A stretch of 64,000 bases of DNA, taken from Bacilli bacterium. GTDB taxonomy: Bacteria > Bacillota_I > Bacilli_A > RFN20 > CAG-826. The notes beneath the pieces are model-generated. The model was not told where the DNA came from, did not search any database, and saw nothing but the letters and a program-made list of their open reading frames with translations. The stretch is taken from contig JAZLKX010000025.1 of the NCBI GenBank assembly GCA_045597865.1, positions 192,001 to 256,000 on the forward strand, read 5' to 3'. Position 1 is the stretch's first letter. Every line of letters begins with the position of its first letter. The translations under genes were made by a program, and so were the position numbers. Positions 36,877 through 47,123 of the stretch are shown here, one piece after another.

Positions 36877-38550
36877 ATGGACAAGATTAGAATTATTACT
36901 CTTGGCGGACTTGACGAACTTTATAAAAACATGACTCTCGTTGAAGTAAACGACGAGATTTATGTTATAGAGTGTGGTGTCAAGTTCCCAGACAAGACAA
37001 AACCAGGTATTGATTATATCATTCCTCGTTTTGATTATTTGCTTGCAAATAAAGCAAAAGTTAAAGGCTATTTTTTAACACATGGTCATGACTCAATTAT
37101 TGGAGCTTTACCATACATTTATGAGAAAGTTCCAGCACCTATTTATTGTACAAATACTACCAAAACATTTTTCTGTTCTTTCTGTATCCATAATCATATT
37201 GATTACAATAAATTTCCTTTTGTTATAGTAAAACCATCCGATGACGTTAGAATCGGAAATAGAGTTATTAAACTTTTCTCTACTTGTTGTAACTTCGCTG
37301 AATCATTTGGCGTATCTATTTCAACAGATCAAGGAAATATTATTTATTTAAGCAATTTTGTTATTAACAACGACAATGCTCCAGGATTTGTTAATGATTT
37401 TGCAAAATTAGGCAAAATTTGCGAAGAAAAAACACTAGCTTTACTTATGGATGCATCAGCATCAGAACATGCCGGTTATTGCGCTCCAAATTATCGTTTA
37501 CTTTCGCTTATTAAAAAAGAGCTCATGGACATCAAAGGCAGAGTCTTTTTGGCTATTGATACTCCAGACCTCTTCAATATAATTGAAGTTCTTAACAAAG
37601 CCGTTAAATACACAGGTAGAAAAATCATTGCATATGATGAGTCTTCTAGAGAACTTATTGAGAACTTAATTAAAGGTGGTTATTTAACCTTTGATAGAAA
37701 ATCTTTAGCACTTGTAGAAGACGTTAATAGACTTCCTCCAAATGAAGTTTTAGTTTTCTTAACTGGATTTGGCGCAAAACTTAACTCAAAAATCGCATTA
37801 CTTGCAGCCAGAAACAATGATGAAAAAATTATTTTCTTGAACGAAAAAGATACATTTATTTTCGCAAACCACATCACTCCAGAAAATGAAATTTCTACAA
37901 CCGATGCATTAGATGAACTTTATCACAATGATTGTAAAATCGTTCGTATTGGTAAAAACTTCGTTAGAATGCATGCCCAAGAAGAAGATATTAAGCAAAT
38001 TGTCTCGCTTATTAGACCAAGATATTTCATTCCAATCTCAGGATCATTCAAAGAACTTCTTGCAGCGGCAAAACTTGCAGTTAGCATGAATGTTGGTTTA
38101 AATCACAACTCTATTTTCGTTGTAGATAATGGAAACATTATTGAATTTGAAGCTGGATTTGGCAAGATTAGCAATAACAAAGTTATTGCAGGCGATTTAT
38201 TAATTGATGGCAAAGGCGTTGGTGACATTCAAAATGAAGTCATTGAAGAAAGACAAAAATTCTCTGATGATGGAGTCATTATCTTAGCTGCCACAATTAG
38301 TAAATCAAATCACAAAATTGCAGCAGGACCAGACGTTCAATCCAGAGGATTAGTTTTCCTTAAAGATAACGAATCATTAATGAGAGAAATTACTCGTTTG
38401 TTTGTTACCACAATCGAAATGGAACTTGCAAAAGAGAATTATTCTATTTCTTATATGGAAGAAGCAACTAAAGATATAATCTTTAAGGCAATTCGTAGGG
38501 CACTTAATAAAACTCCTATTATCATCCCAATTTTTGCTGAAATAGAATAG
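36877..38550 (+). CDS. rnj: Ribonuclease J family protein (J2-like, degenerate active site)
   Basis: LGGLDE..KNM, PGIDYIIP, LIDGKGVGDI, GPDVQSRG; located between pnp and ftsK; metal-binding motifs altered. Confidence 0.88.
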   Translation: MDKIRIITLGGLDELYKNMTLVEVNDEIYVIECGVKFPDKTKPGIDYIIPRFDYLLANKAKVKGYFLTHGHDSIIGALPYIYEKVPAPIYCTNTTKTFFCSFCIHNHIDYNKFPFVIVKPSDDVRIGNRVIKLFSTCCNFAESFGVSISTDQGNIIYLSNFVINNDNAPGFVNDFAKLGKICEEKTLALLMDASASEHAGYCAPNYRLLSLIKKELMDIKGRVFLAIDTPDLFNIIEVLNKAVKYTGRKIIAYDESSRELIENLIKGGYLTFDRKSLALVEDVNRLPPNEVLVFLTGFGAKLNSKIALLAARNNDEKIIFLNEKDTFIFANHITPENEISTTDALDELYHNDCKIVRIGKNFVRMHAQEEDIKQIVSLIRPRYFIPISGSFKELLAAAKLAVSMNVGLNHNSIFVVDNGNIIEFEAGFGKISNNKVIAGDLLIDGKGVGDIQNEVIEERQKFSDDGVIILAATISKSNHKIAAGPDVQSRGLVFLKDNESLMREITRLFVTTIEMELAKENYSISYMEEATKDIIFKAIRRALNKTPIIIPIFAEIE

Positions 38551-38604
38551 TAAGCAATTTATTGCTTTATTTTTATTTAAAATTAATTTATAATTAATAT
38601 ACAT

Positions 38605-41304
38605 ATGGACGAGAAAAAACACATTACTAAAAATTCAATATCAATTATCGGAGGCATCTGCTTCATTCTTTTAGCACTTGTTACAATGCTTTCTAATGGA
38701 ACACCTTTCGCTTTCCTTTCAATAGCAATTACAACAGTTTTAGGATTTGTTGGCTTCTGGATTTTAATGCCATTTTTGATCGTCTTAGGTCTATTCTTAA
38801 TTTTTAAAAAGAAACTCATCAAGTTTAAACTTGGCATGTCTTTATGGGGTGCTTTTGTAATTATTGTTTGTTTTGTTATTTTATCTAGCCATTGGGGTTC
38901 AATCGGCGTTGAATATGGTGGAGTAGTTTTTGATGGCTATTCTTCATATGATGGCGGAACCGGAACAATCTATAGATATTTAACTTTTTCATCTGCTATT
39001 CCATCATTACAAAGTGTCAGAGAAGCCAATTCTTCGCCATTCAATCCTCAATTAGGTGGTGGATATATTGGATATATTTTGGCAGGTTCAATGAATAGTG
39101 CCTTAACACCTGTTGGTTTAAATGTTATTTGTTGGATTTTCTTTATTGGCGGTTTAGTAATGCTACTTAATCACCAAATTAAAGCATTAGTTGTTCTTCT
39201 AAAGAAGAAAATATCCGAAAAGAAGGCCAAAAAGTCTACTTCTGAATATGAAGAGATTTCTTCCGAAAGTAACGAGGAAGAGGAACCAGTTATTGCTCCA
39301 ATTGTCGAGCAACCAAGTGTTTCTAATCCTGAAATCAGCATGCCTAAAGAAGATAAACCTGCTCCTAAAGTATTCCCTGAAGGCTTTCCAAATGCTAGAA
39401 CTCTTGATACAGGACTTAAAAAAGCAGTATTTACAATGTCAGATGAAACAGTCATTGAAGATTCAATGGTTAGAAAGTTAGATGAAACTCCTGTTCGTGA
39501 AGAAGTTCCTTCACCTTCAATTAGCCAAGCTAGATTTGGAGATTTAACTCCTGAAGCGGAAGTAGCAGAAGAAGTTCCTGTATTTGAAGAAGTAACTGAA
39601 ACTCCTGCGCCTACTAGTGAACCAGAAGTTTTTGCTGAAGAAACTTATCCAGAAGAAATTATTGAAGAAAAACCAAATTTTGTTGAGGAATTAGAAGAAG
39701 TTCAACGAGTTGAACAAGGTCCAGTAGTAGAATCACAAGCAGAAATGCTTCTAAGACCTCAACCAAAAGCAAATCTTGCTAAAGACTACATTTATCCACC
39801 TCTTGATCTTTTAGACATTCATGAGGCTGCTGATGATGTAAATAAAAATGAAGAATCATGTGCTGAAAGAACAGCACTTATAAATCAAGTTTTCGAACAA
39901 TTTAAAGTTGGTGCTGAAATTGTTTCACATACAGTTGGCCCATCAGTTACACGTTACGACATTATGCTTAGACCTGGTGTATCTGTTAACCTTGTTAGAA
40001 AATATGTCGAAGACATATCTATTCGTTTAGGCGGTATACCAGTTCGTTTTGAAGCTATTGTTTCAGGTAAATCTACATCTGGTATTGAAATTCCAAACGA
40101 GATTAGAACTAATGTTGGTTTAAGAGAATCAATTGCTGCTTTGCCGACTGGTCCTAAATATTTGTTAAACATTCCATTTGGAAAAGGCATCGGTGGAGAT
40201 TTAAGACACGCTTCTTTAGGTGACTTCCCACATATGTTAGTATCAGGAACCACAGGTTCAGGTAAATCAATTGCTGTTCACTCAACAATTCTTACTTTGC
40301 TTATGAGAAATAAGCCTGAAGAATTAAAAATTATTTTAGTTGATCCAAAGAAAGTTGAAATGAGCTTCTATGAAGACATTCCACATTTACTTTGTCCAAT
40401 TATTACAGATATGAGAAAAACTTATAACTGTTTAAAGAAACTTGTTGACGAAATGGAACGCCGTTATAACCTTTTCCAAGCTCACAAACTTAGAGACATT
40501 AAAGGCTTTAATGCTTGGGCAAACGCTAATGATGTGCAACCACTTCCTTATATCGCTGTTTTCGTTGATGAATACGCCGATTTAGTTGAACAAGTTAAAG
40601 AAGTACACGAACCAATTCAAAGACTCGTTCAAAAAGCTCGTGCAGCAGGTATTCATATCTGTATTGCTACGCAAAGACCATCAGTTAACGTTATTGATGG
40701 CGTTATTAAATCAAACTTTACAACTCGTCTTGCTCTTCTTTCAGCATCTGCAACTGATTCCCAAACAATTATTGGTGAAGGTGGTGCAGAAAAGCTCCTT
40801 GGACATGGCGATATGTTAATTGATAGTCCTCTTATTTCAGTCTCAACAAAACCTCGTGTGCAAGGCTGTTTTGTTAGCGAAAATGAAGTCAATAGAGTTT
40901 GTGATTTCTTAAGAGAACATTATTCAACACAATATGATCCATATTTCCTTGATCTAGAAGATCATGAACAAGAATTTTCTAAAGGCTCATCAAATGAACC
41001 TCCAGTAGAGGCAATTGATAAAAATGCTTCTGAGGAAGCTCAATACCAAGACATTAAAGATCAAGTAATGCATCGTGAATATTGTTCAATTTCATTCATT
41101 CAACGTTCATTTGCAATGGGATTCCCACGTGCTGGTAGAATCTTTGCTAGACTACAAAAAGAAGGTGTTGTTGCTTTTGAAGGTGATTCAAGAGGAAACA
41201 AAGTTTTAGCTCACGCTCCGATTGGTGAAGAACAAATTGGAACAATTGAACAATCTACATTTATTCCAGATGATCCAAGTGGTGGGGAAGGACAAAATTT
41301 TTAA
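38605..41304 (+). CDS. ftsK: DNA translocase FtsK/SpoIIIE
   Basis: N-terminal TM domain, acidic Pro-rich linker, GPSVTRY, PHMLVSGTTGSGKS, VDEYADL, ATQRPSV, and gamma domain SISFIQR...RAGRI. Confidence 0.95.
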   Translation: MDEKKHITKNSISIIGGICFILLALVTMLSNGTPFAFLSIAITTVLGFVGFWILMPFLIVLGLFLIFKKKLIKFKLGMSLWGAFVIIVCFVILSSHWGSIGVEYGGVVFDGYSSYDGGTGTIYRYLTFSSAIPSLQSVREANSSPFNPQLGGGYIGYILAGSMNSALTPVGLNVICWIFFIGGLVMLLNHQIKALVVLLKKKISEKKAKKSTSEYEEISSESNEEEEPVIAPIVEQPSVSNPEISMPKEDKPAPKVFPEGFPNARTLDTGLKKAVFTMSDETVIEDSMVRKLDETPVREEVPSPSISQARFGDLTPEAEVAEEVPVFEEVTETPAPTSEPEVFAEETYPEEIIEEKPNFVEELEEVQRVEQGPVVESQAEMLLRPQPKANLAKDYIYPPLDLLDIHEAADDVNKNEESCAERTALINQVFEQFKVGAEIVSHTVGPSVTRYDIMLRPGVSVNLVRKYVEDISIRLGGIPVRFEAIVSGKSTSGIEIPNEIRTNVGLRESIAALPTGPKYLLNIPFGKGIGGDLRHASLGDFPHMLVSGTTGSGKSIAVHSTILTLLMRNKPEELKIILVDPKKVEMSFYEDIPHLLCPIITDMRKTYNCLKKLVDEMERRYNLFQAHKLRDIKGFNAWANANDVQPLPYIAVFVDEYADLVEQVKEVHEPIQRLVQKARAAGIHICIATQRPSVNVIDGVIKSNFTTRLALLSASATDSQTIIGEGGAEKLLGHGDMLIDSPLISVSTKPRVQGCFVSENEVNRVCDFLREHYSTQYDPYFLDLEDHEQEFSKGSSNEPPVEAIDKNASEEAQYQDIKDQVMHREYCSISFIQRSFAMGFPRAGRIFARLQKEGVVAFEGDSRGNKVLAHAPIGEEQIGTIEQSTFIPDDPSGGEGQNF

Positions 41305-41325
41305 CTCTGTTAAGGCAATAAAAAT

Positions 41326-42147
41326 ATGAAAATTTTGCAGTATATTAAAGTCATATTAATTTGTGGTTTACCAATCGTGTTTTACCACCTTTTCTATATG
41401 ATTAGATATGCAAAGCATCCAGAAAAATATCCATTTGAAAAGCGCTATAAAGTAGCTAGAAAAGAAATTCGAATGGTTTTCAAACATTTTCATGTTGATT
41501 ACAAACTTGAGAATTTTGAAATGTTTACCAAATTAGATAAGAAATGCTTAATCATTTCTAACCATTATTCTTTATTTGATCCATTAGCTTTAATTGCTGC
41601 AAGCGATAAACCACTAACATTTGTTTGTAAAAAAGAAGTTTTTAAAATGCCATTTGTTGGAAAAGTTGCTAAAGCAATTGATTGTTTTGCACTAGATAGA
41701 GAAAACTTAATGAGTCAATTGAGTCAAATTAGAAACATAGTTTCTTATTTAAAAGACGAATCAAAACCTTCTGTTTTAGTATTCATTGAAGGTACTAGAA
41801 ATAAAGATCCAGGAACTCCATGTTTGGATTTCCATCCAGGAACACTAAAAATAGCCCAAATGGCGAACGTTCCGCTCCTTTGTGGGTCAACATTCGGCTC
41901 CTTTAGAATTCTCGATAAAAAGAGCCATATTAAAAAATACCCACATTTCTTCACTTTATTTAGAAAACTTGAAGTTGAAGAAGTTAAATCCTATAACACA
42001 ACTGAACTTGCTCCAATTTTGCAAAAAGAGACTGATGAAACCACCAATCTCTTGAGAATTAAGGATAAGGAATATTTATCTAATTTTAAAATGTCTGACA
42101 AAAAGAGAAATTTAGAAACTCGTTTTGATATCAGCGTTAATTCTTAA
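41326..42147 (+). CDS. plsC: 1-acyl-sn-glycerol-3-phosphate acyltransferase
   Basis: NHYSLFD (NHxxxxD) and FIEGTR motifs. Confidence 0.88.
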   Translation: MKILQYIKVILICGLPIVFYHLFYMIRYAKHPEKYPFEKRYKVARKEIRMVFKHFHVDYKLENFEMFTKLDKKCLIISNHYSLFDPLALIAASDKPLTFVCKKEVFKMPFVGKVAKAIDCFALDRENLMSQLSQIRNIVSYLKDESKPSVLVFIEGTRNKDPGTPCLDFHPGTLKIAQMANVPLLCGSTFGSFRILDKKSHIKKYPHFFTLFRKLEVEEVKSYNTTELAPILQKETDETTNLLRIKDKEYLSNFKMSDKKRNLETRFDISVNS

Positions 42148-43389
42148 TCCTTTTGGATAAAGATTTTTGAGTGTTCCATTAACTGAATGGACAACACCAA
42201 GGTTCATATCTAGATAGCTAACAAAGTAGTAGCCGTCTGGATATTTTTTATTTATAGATTCACCCCTTAAATACTTAATGGTTTCTTCTTTGCTTAATTG
42301 AATCGAATCTACTGAATTTTTAACATGGGAATAATGATGAGAAGGTATTTGTTTGTCGCCTATTTTTGAGCTAACAAAAACACCTGGTCTTAATGATAAA
42401 TCTATAAATTTTTCTGGTAATAAATGATTTATAAAAAATGTTTGAATTTCGTTTGTATTTCCCTTTGATTTTACTGTACGTTTTATTTCCATTTTTTCAA
42501 AAGAATTTTGTGTTAAATTTCCTGGTTTTTTTATAATGGCAATATAGTGTCCTTCTCCATCAAAATTTGAAGGGAATAGATGAATCGTTTCTGGATATTC
42601 TTTGCTTCTAAATTCACCAGGGATTTTTTCAATATATTGGAGTTTTGCAGTGGTTTTTTCAAGTAAATACCCGATTATTTCCTCATCTTCCTCGTGGGAA
42701 TAGGAGCAAGTGGAATAGACCATTGTTCCACCTTCTTTTAACAATGAATAACACATCAAAATGAGGTCTTTTTGAATAGCTGAATTTTTAAGAACTTTTT
42801 CATATGTCCAATCGAACTTCATTTCATCAGATTTTCTGAACATTCCAGAGCCTGAACATGGAGCATCTAAAATGATCTTATCAAAGTAGTTTTGGAAGCG
42901 ATCTGAATGAGCTGAAAAATCTAGAGAAGTGACAACAGTATTTGAAATGCCAAGACGTTCGATATTACTTAGCAAAACATTAGCTCTAGATTTAGATAAA
43001 TCATTAGCAATTATCATACCTTCATTTTCCATTTTTAAGGCTGTTTGAATTGTCTTTCCACCAGGTGCCGCACATAGATCTAAAACAATGTCGTTTTTAT
43101 TTGCATTAAGTAGATGTGCAACAAGCATTGCAGAAGGTTCTTGAATGTAATAAGCACCTTGTTCATGGTATATCTTTTTGCCTAATTGAATTTCATCTTT
43201 ATCGAACATAAATCCGTTTGGAACAACAGGATGATGTGTTAATGAAGGAAAAATACTTAATAAAGTTTTTTCGCTCATTTTATTTGTGTTAAGAAAAATA
43301 GCTTTCTTTTCTTTTTGTTCAAAAGATGAAATTAAATTATCAATTTCTGTATCAGATAGATACTTTTTTAAATGTGTTCTAAAGTCCAT
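42112..43389 (-). CDS. rsmF: RsmB/RsmF (NOL1/NOP2/Sun) m5C rRNA methyltransferase
   Basis: YYIQEPSAM, LDLCAAPGGKT, DAPCSGSG, YSTCS, C-terminal KNLYPKGLR. Likely ATG at 43389. Confidence 0.88.
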   Translation of the reverse strand: MDFRTHLKKYLSDTEIDNLISSFEQKEKKAIFLNTNKMSEKTLLSIFPSLTHHPVVPNGFMFDKDEIQLGKKIYHEQGAYYIQEPSAMLVAHLLNANKNDIVLDLCAAPGGKTIQTALKMENEGMIIANDLSKSRANVLLSNIERLGISNTVVTSLDFSAHSDRFQNYFDKIILDAPCSGSGMFRKSDEMKFDWTYEKVLKNSAIQKDLILMCYSLLKEGGTMVYSTCSYSHEEDEEIIGYLLEKTTAKLQYIEKIPGEFRSKEYPETIHLFPSNFDGEGHYIAIIKKPGNLTQNSFEKMEIKRTVKSKGNTNEIQTFFINHLLPEKFIDLSLRPGVFVSSKIGDKQIPSHHYSHVKNSVDSIQLSKEETIKYLRGESINKKYPDGYYFVSYLDMNLGVVHSVNGTLKNLYPKGLRINADIKTSF

Positions 43390-43507
43390 ATTATTATAAT
43401 AATATATAAGAAATAAAAACACAAGTGTTTTTATTAATATTTGATATTTTGTTTTTCTAGGTTGTTAGTCTTGATTATGATATAATCTAGACTGAGGTTA
43501 TATTTTT

Positions 43508-44812
43508 ATGAGAATGGTAGATATTATTACTAAAAAACGCGATGGCGGTAAATTAAGTGATGAAGAAATCGAATTTGTTGTCAACGGTTATGTTGATGGC
43601 AAAATCCCAGATTATCAAGTTTCTTCATTATTAATGGCCATTGTATTTAAAGGTATGTCTAACGATGAAATCGTTACACTTACCGATAGAATGGAACACA
43701 GCGGAGACGTTATGGATCTTAGCTCAATTCCAGGATTTAAAGTTGACAAGCACTCTACAGGTGGTGTCGGAGACAAGACTTCATTAGCTCTTGGTCCAAT
43801 GGTTGCTGCTTGTGGCGCAGTTGTTGCAAAAATGTCAGGCCGTGGACTTGGCCATACAGGTGGAACACTCGATAAACTCGAATCAATTCCAGGTATGAAC
43901 GTTTTCTTAACACAAGATCAATTTATGGATCAATTAAGAAAGATTGGCGTAGCCATTGCTGGCCAAACTGGAAAACTTGTTCCAGCAGATAAGAAGATTT
44001 ATGCACTTCGTGACGTTACTGGTACAGTTGAATCAATTCCATTAATTGCTTCATCAGTTATGTCCAAAAAGTTAGCATCTGGTTCAGATTGTATCTTACT
44101 TGACGTTAAGTTCGGTAATGGTGCATTCATGAAGAACAGAGAATCTGCTTATGAACTTGCAACAATCATGTGCAATATTGGTAACTCACTTAATAGAGAT
44201 ACACGTGCAGTCTTAACTTCTATGGATCAACCTTTAGGTCTTGCCGTAGGCAACGCCCTTGAAGTTAAGGAAGCAATTGATACACTTCATGGTAAAGGAC
44301 CAAAGGATTTCCAAGATCTTTGTTATCAATCTGGTGCAATTATGCTTGAACAAGCAAAAGTTGTTAAGAGCCAAGAAGAAGGACTTGCTTTACTCCATAA
44401 AGTAGTTGAAGATGGTTCAGCATTTGAAAAATTCAGACAAATGATTATTGCTCAAGGTGGCGATATTTCTTATATCGATGATCCAAGCAAATTCCCATTA
44501 TCCAAAAATATCATTGAAGTAAAAGCTTCAAAACCAGGATACATTAAACAAATCGTTGCCCTTGAAATTGGCGAAAGCGCTATGCGCTTAGGTGCAGGAA
44601 GAGAAACCTTTGATGACGTTATTGATATGTCAGCAGGTATCGTTCTTTCTAAGAAAGTTGGCGACAAAGTTGCAAAAGGTGATGTACTTTGTACAGTTCA
44701 CACAAACAAAGACGATTATGCAGCTGTCTTAAAAGACATCGAAAAAGCATTCGTTATTGTTGATGGCTTTGTTGAATATCCTCCAACAGTTCACGATTAC
44801 ATTCACAAATAA
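43508..44812 (+). CDS. pdp: Pyrimidine-nucleoside phosphorylase
   Basis: MRMVDII.KKRDG, DKHSTGGVGDK, KMSGRGLGHTGGT.DKLE. Confidence 0.96.
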   Translation: MRMVDIITKKRDGGKLSDEEIEFVVNGYVDGKIPDYQVSSLLMAIVFKGMSNDEIVTLTDRMEHSGDVMDLSSIPGFKVDKHSTGGVGDKTSLALGPMVAACGAVVAKMSGRGLGHTGGTLDKLESIPGMNVFLTQDQFMDQLRKIGVAIAGQTGKLVPADKKIYALRDVTGTVESIPLIASSVMSKKLASGSDCILLDVKFGNGAFMKNRESAYELATIMCNIGNSLNRDTRAVLTSMDQPLGLAVGNALEVKEAIDTLHGKGPKDFQDLCYQSGAIMLEQAKVVKSQEEGLALLHKVVEDGSAFEKFRQMIIAQGGDISYIDDPSKFPLSKNIIEVKASKPGYIKQIVALEIGESAMRLGAGRETFDDVIDMSAGIVLSKKVGDKVAKGDVLCTVHTNKDDYAAVLKDIEKAFVIVDGFVEYPPTVHDYIHK

Positions 44813-45264
44813 TGAGAGTTGTTATTCAAAACGTAACTGAAGCCTCTTGTAGGATCAACAATAAAATCGTGGGAGAAATCTCCCGCGGTTTTTGCATTCT
44901 TGTTGGTTTTACACACGATGATACAAAAGAAATTGTTGAAAAAATGGTCAACAAAATCGTTTCGTTAAGAGTCTTCAACGATGAGAATGGCAAAACAAAT
45001 CTTTCTTTGAAAGATATTGATGGAAAAATACTCTCAATATCTCAATTTACACTTTATGCTTCAGTAAAAGATGGTCGTCGTCCAAGTTTTGTAAATGCGA
45101 TGAGACCAGAAGAAGCTACAAAGATGTATGATTACTTTAATGAATGTTTAAGAAACACAGGTTTCGAAGTTCAAACTGGTGTTTTTGGTGCAGACATGAA
45201 AATCTCATTAATAAATGATGGTCCATTTACCACAATTGTTGATTCCAAGGAGTTAGGACTATGA
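44812..45264 (+). CDS. dtd: D-aminoacyl-tRNA deacylase
   Basis: MRVVIQ, SQFTL, GRRPSF, G.FGADM...L.NDGP.T. Confidence 0.96.
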   Translation: MRVVIQNVTEASCRINNKIVGEISRGFCILVGFTHDDTKEIVEKMVNKIVSLRVFNDENGKTNLSLKDIDGKILSISQFTLYASVKDGRRPSFVNAMRPEEATKMYDYFNECLRNTGFEVQTGVFGADMKISLINDGPFTTIVDSKELGL

Positions 45265-46391
45265 AAGTAATGGTTGGTCTTAGCGGTGGTGTTGATTCCG
45301 CAGTTGCAGCATATTTACTTAAAAAGCAAGGCTATGATGTCGTTGCTTGTTTTATGCGTAACTGGGATGCCATGGCTAATGGCGATTACCTTGGAAATCC
45401 AACAGTAAATGATGACCAATGCCCTCAAGAAAAAGACTATCAAGATGCTCAAAAAGTTGCGGAAAAACTTGGTATACCACTCTTAAGAGTGGATTTCATA
45501 AAAGAGTACTGGGATCATGTCTTTTCTTTCTTTATTTCAGAGTATGAAAATGGAAGAACTCCAAACCCAGATATTTTATGTAACAAATACATTAAATTTG
45601 ATGCATTTTTGGAGTTTGCAAAGAAGAATAATTGCGACATCATTGCAATGGGACACTATGCAAAACGTGTTGAGAAAGATGGACATTTTTATTTGATGAA
45701 ATGTCATGATACAAACAAAGATCAAACTTACTTCCTCTCTCAAATTAATGAGGAACAAATTAAATCATGTTTATTCCCACTTGGAGACATTGATAAAACC
45801 GAAGTTAGAAAGATTGCTCATGAACTTGATTTAGAATCAGTTATGGATAAAAAAGATTCAACTGGAGTTTGTTTTATTGGTGAACGTAACTTTAGAGAAT
45901 TCTTAAAAAATTACATTCCAGCACAAAAAGGCAATATCATAGATATTGACACCGGTAAAATTATTGGAGAACATCGTGGAGTTTATTACTACACAATTGG
46001 TCAACACAAAGGCTTAGGCATTGGCGGAATTTCTGGTGAAACAGCAGCAGGATGGTTCATCGTTAAAAAAGACGCTAAGAAAAATGTTCTTTATGTTACA
46101 CGTGGAGATGCTCAAAAGTATTTGATGTCTAATAAATGTATCGTTAGAAAACTTAACTTTATAAATAAAGACGAAATCTTCCCTCAAGAAGTTGGAGTTA
46201 AGTTTAGATACCGTCAACCTGATCATCCAGCAGTCATTAACCTTGTGAATGATGAAATTGTCTGTGAATATGATTATTACAAAGCAGTTACACCAGGGCA
46301 AGAAGCTGTCTTTTATAATAAAGACGGCTTAATGATTGGCTCTGGCACAATTGATGAAGTCTATAGGGACAATGTTAGAATTGATAAGTAA
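45261..46391 (+). CDS. mnmA: tRNA 2-thiouridylase
   Basis: SGGVDS, TPNPDILCN, GHYA, KDQTYFL, DSTGVCFIG, TPGQ. Confidence 0.97.
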   Translation: MKVMVGLSGGVDSAVAAYLLKKQGYDVVACFMRNWDAMANGDYLGNPTVNDDQCPQEKDYQDAQKVAEKLGIPLLRVDFIKEYWDHVFSFFISEYENGRTPNPDILCNKYIKFDAFLEFAKKNNCDIIAMGHYAKRVEKDGHFYLMKCHDTNKDQTYFLSQINEEQIKSCLFPLGDIDKTEVRKIAHELDLESVMDKKDSTGVCFIGERNFREFLKNYIPAQKGNIIDIDTGKIIGEHRGVYYYTIGQHKGLGIGGISGETAAGWFIVKKDAKKNVLYVTRGDAQKYLMSNKCIVRKLNFINKDEIFPQEVGVKFRYRQPDHPAVINLVNDEIVCEYDYYKAVTPGQEAVFYNKDGLMIGSGTIDEVYRDNVRIDK

Positions 46392-46446
46392 TTGTTCCTT
46401 TTAAGGATTAAATATATTAGAATATAACGGAACTAGGAGAAAAAAT

Positions 46447-47067
46447 ATGAAAAGAAAAGTTTGTTTTGGGGTTACTTTAATTTTTATTGCAATGTTTGGT
46501 TATTTATTTGGTAAGTTTTTACCAACTTTAATTCAATACATTAAAAACTTAGATATTGGTTCTTATCCTTTAGACGAGTTAATTTTAGTGAGCTATATTG
46601 CTGTTTCATTATGTTCTGCAATTGGATTACTTGTTTCACTTATAACATTAGGAATGTTACTTGCGAACAAAACCAAATTTTTGGATCAATACGGCAGTGT
46701 TTTATTTAACTCAATCGTTTTATGCTATACTCTTACAGAAATTATATCCGGAATATTTTATGCAGTTGAATATGACTTTACAGAAATTTTCAAAAGCGAA
46801 GCAATGATAAGAGTGTTTATTATGTTCGCATTAGGACTTGTTTTAACTTTTGCTGTAAGTGTCAGAAAACAATCAATTGTAAGAACAGGTGTTATTGCAG
46901 TTTCAATTTTAGGAATTTTGGTTATTAATGTTATTAATATGGTAAATATTGATTTCTCTTTTAATGCACTTAAATATTTTCCTGAAACTTCGCACATCTA
47001 TCTCTTTATTATTTTAGCTGGAATATTTGGTGGTGCAATGATGCTCTGGCCAAATGACGAGGAATAA
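46447..47067 (+). CDS. Hypothetical integral membrane protein (~6 TM)
   Basis: AGGAG RBS; 206-aa hydrophobic ORF. Confidence 0.75.
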   Translation: MKRKVCFGVTLIFIAMFGYLFGKFLPTLIQYIKNLDIGSYPLDELILVSYIAVSLCSAIGLLVSLITLGMLLANKTKFLDQYGSVLFNSIVLCYTLTEIISGIFYAVEYDFTEIFKSEAMIRVFIMFALGLVLTFAVSVRKQSIVRTGVIAVSILGILVINVINMVNIDFSFNALKYFPETSHIYLFIILAGIFGGAMMLWPNDEE

Positions 47068-47082
47068 AATTAATAAAAAAGC

Positions 47083-47120
47083 AAAAGAAAAAAGAGACTT
47101 AAGTCTCTTTTCTTTTTGTT
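47083..47120. terminator. Bidirectional terminator between convergent genes
   Basis: AAAAGAGAC-TTAA-GTCTCTTTT flanked by A and T runs. Confidence 0.8.
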
Positions 47121-47123
47121 TGT

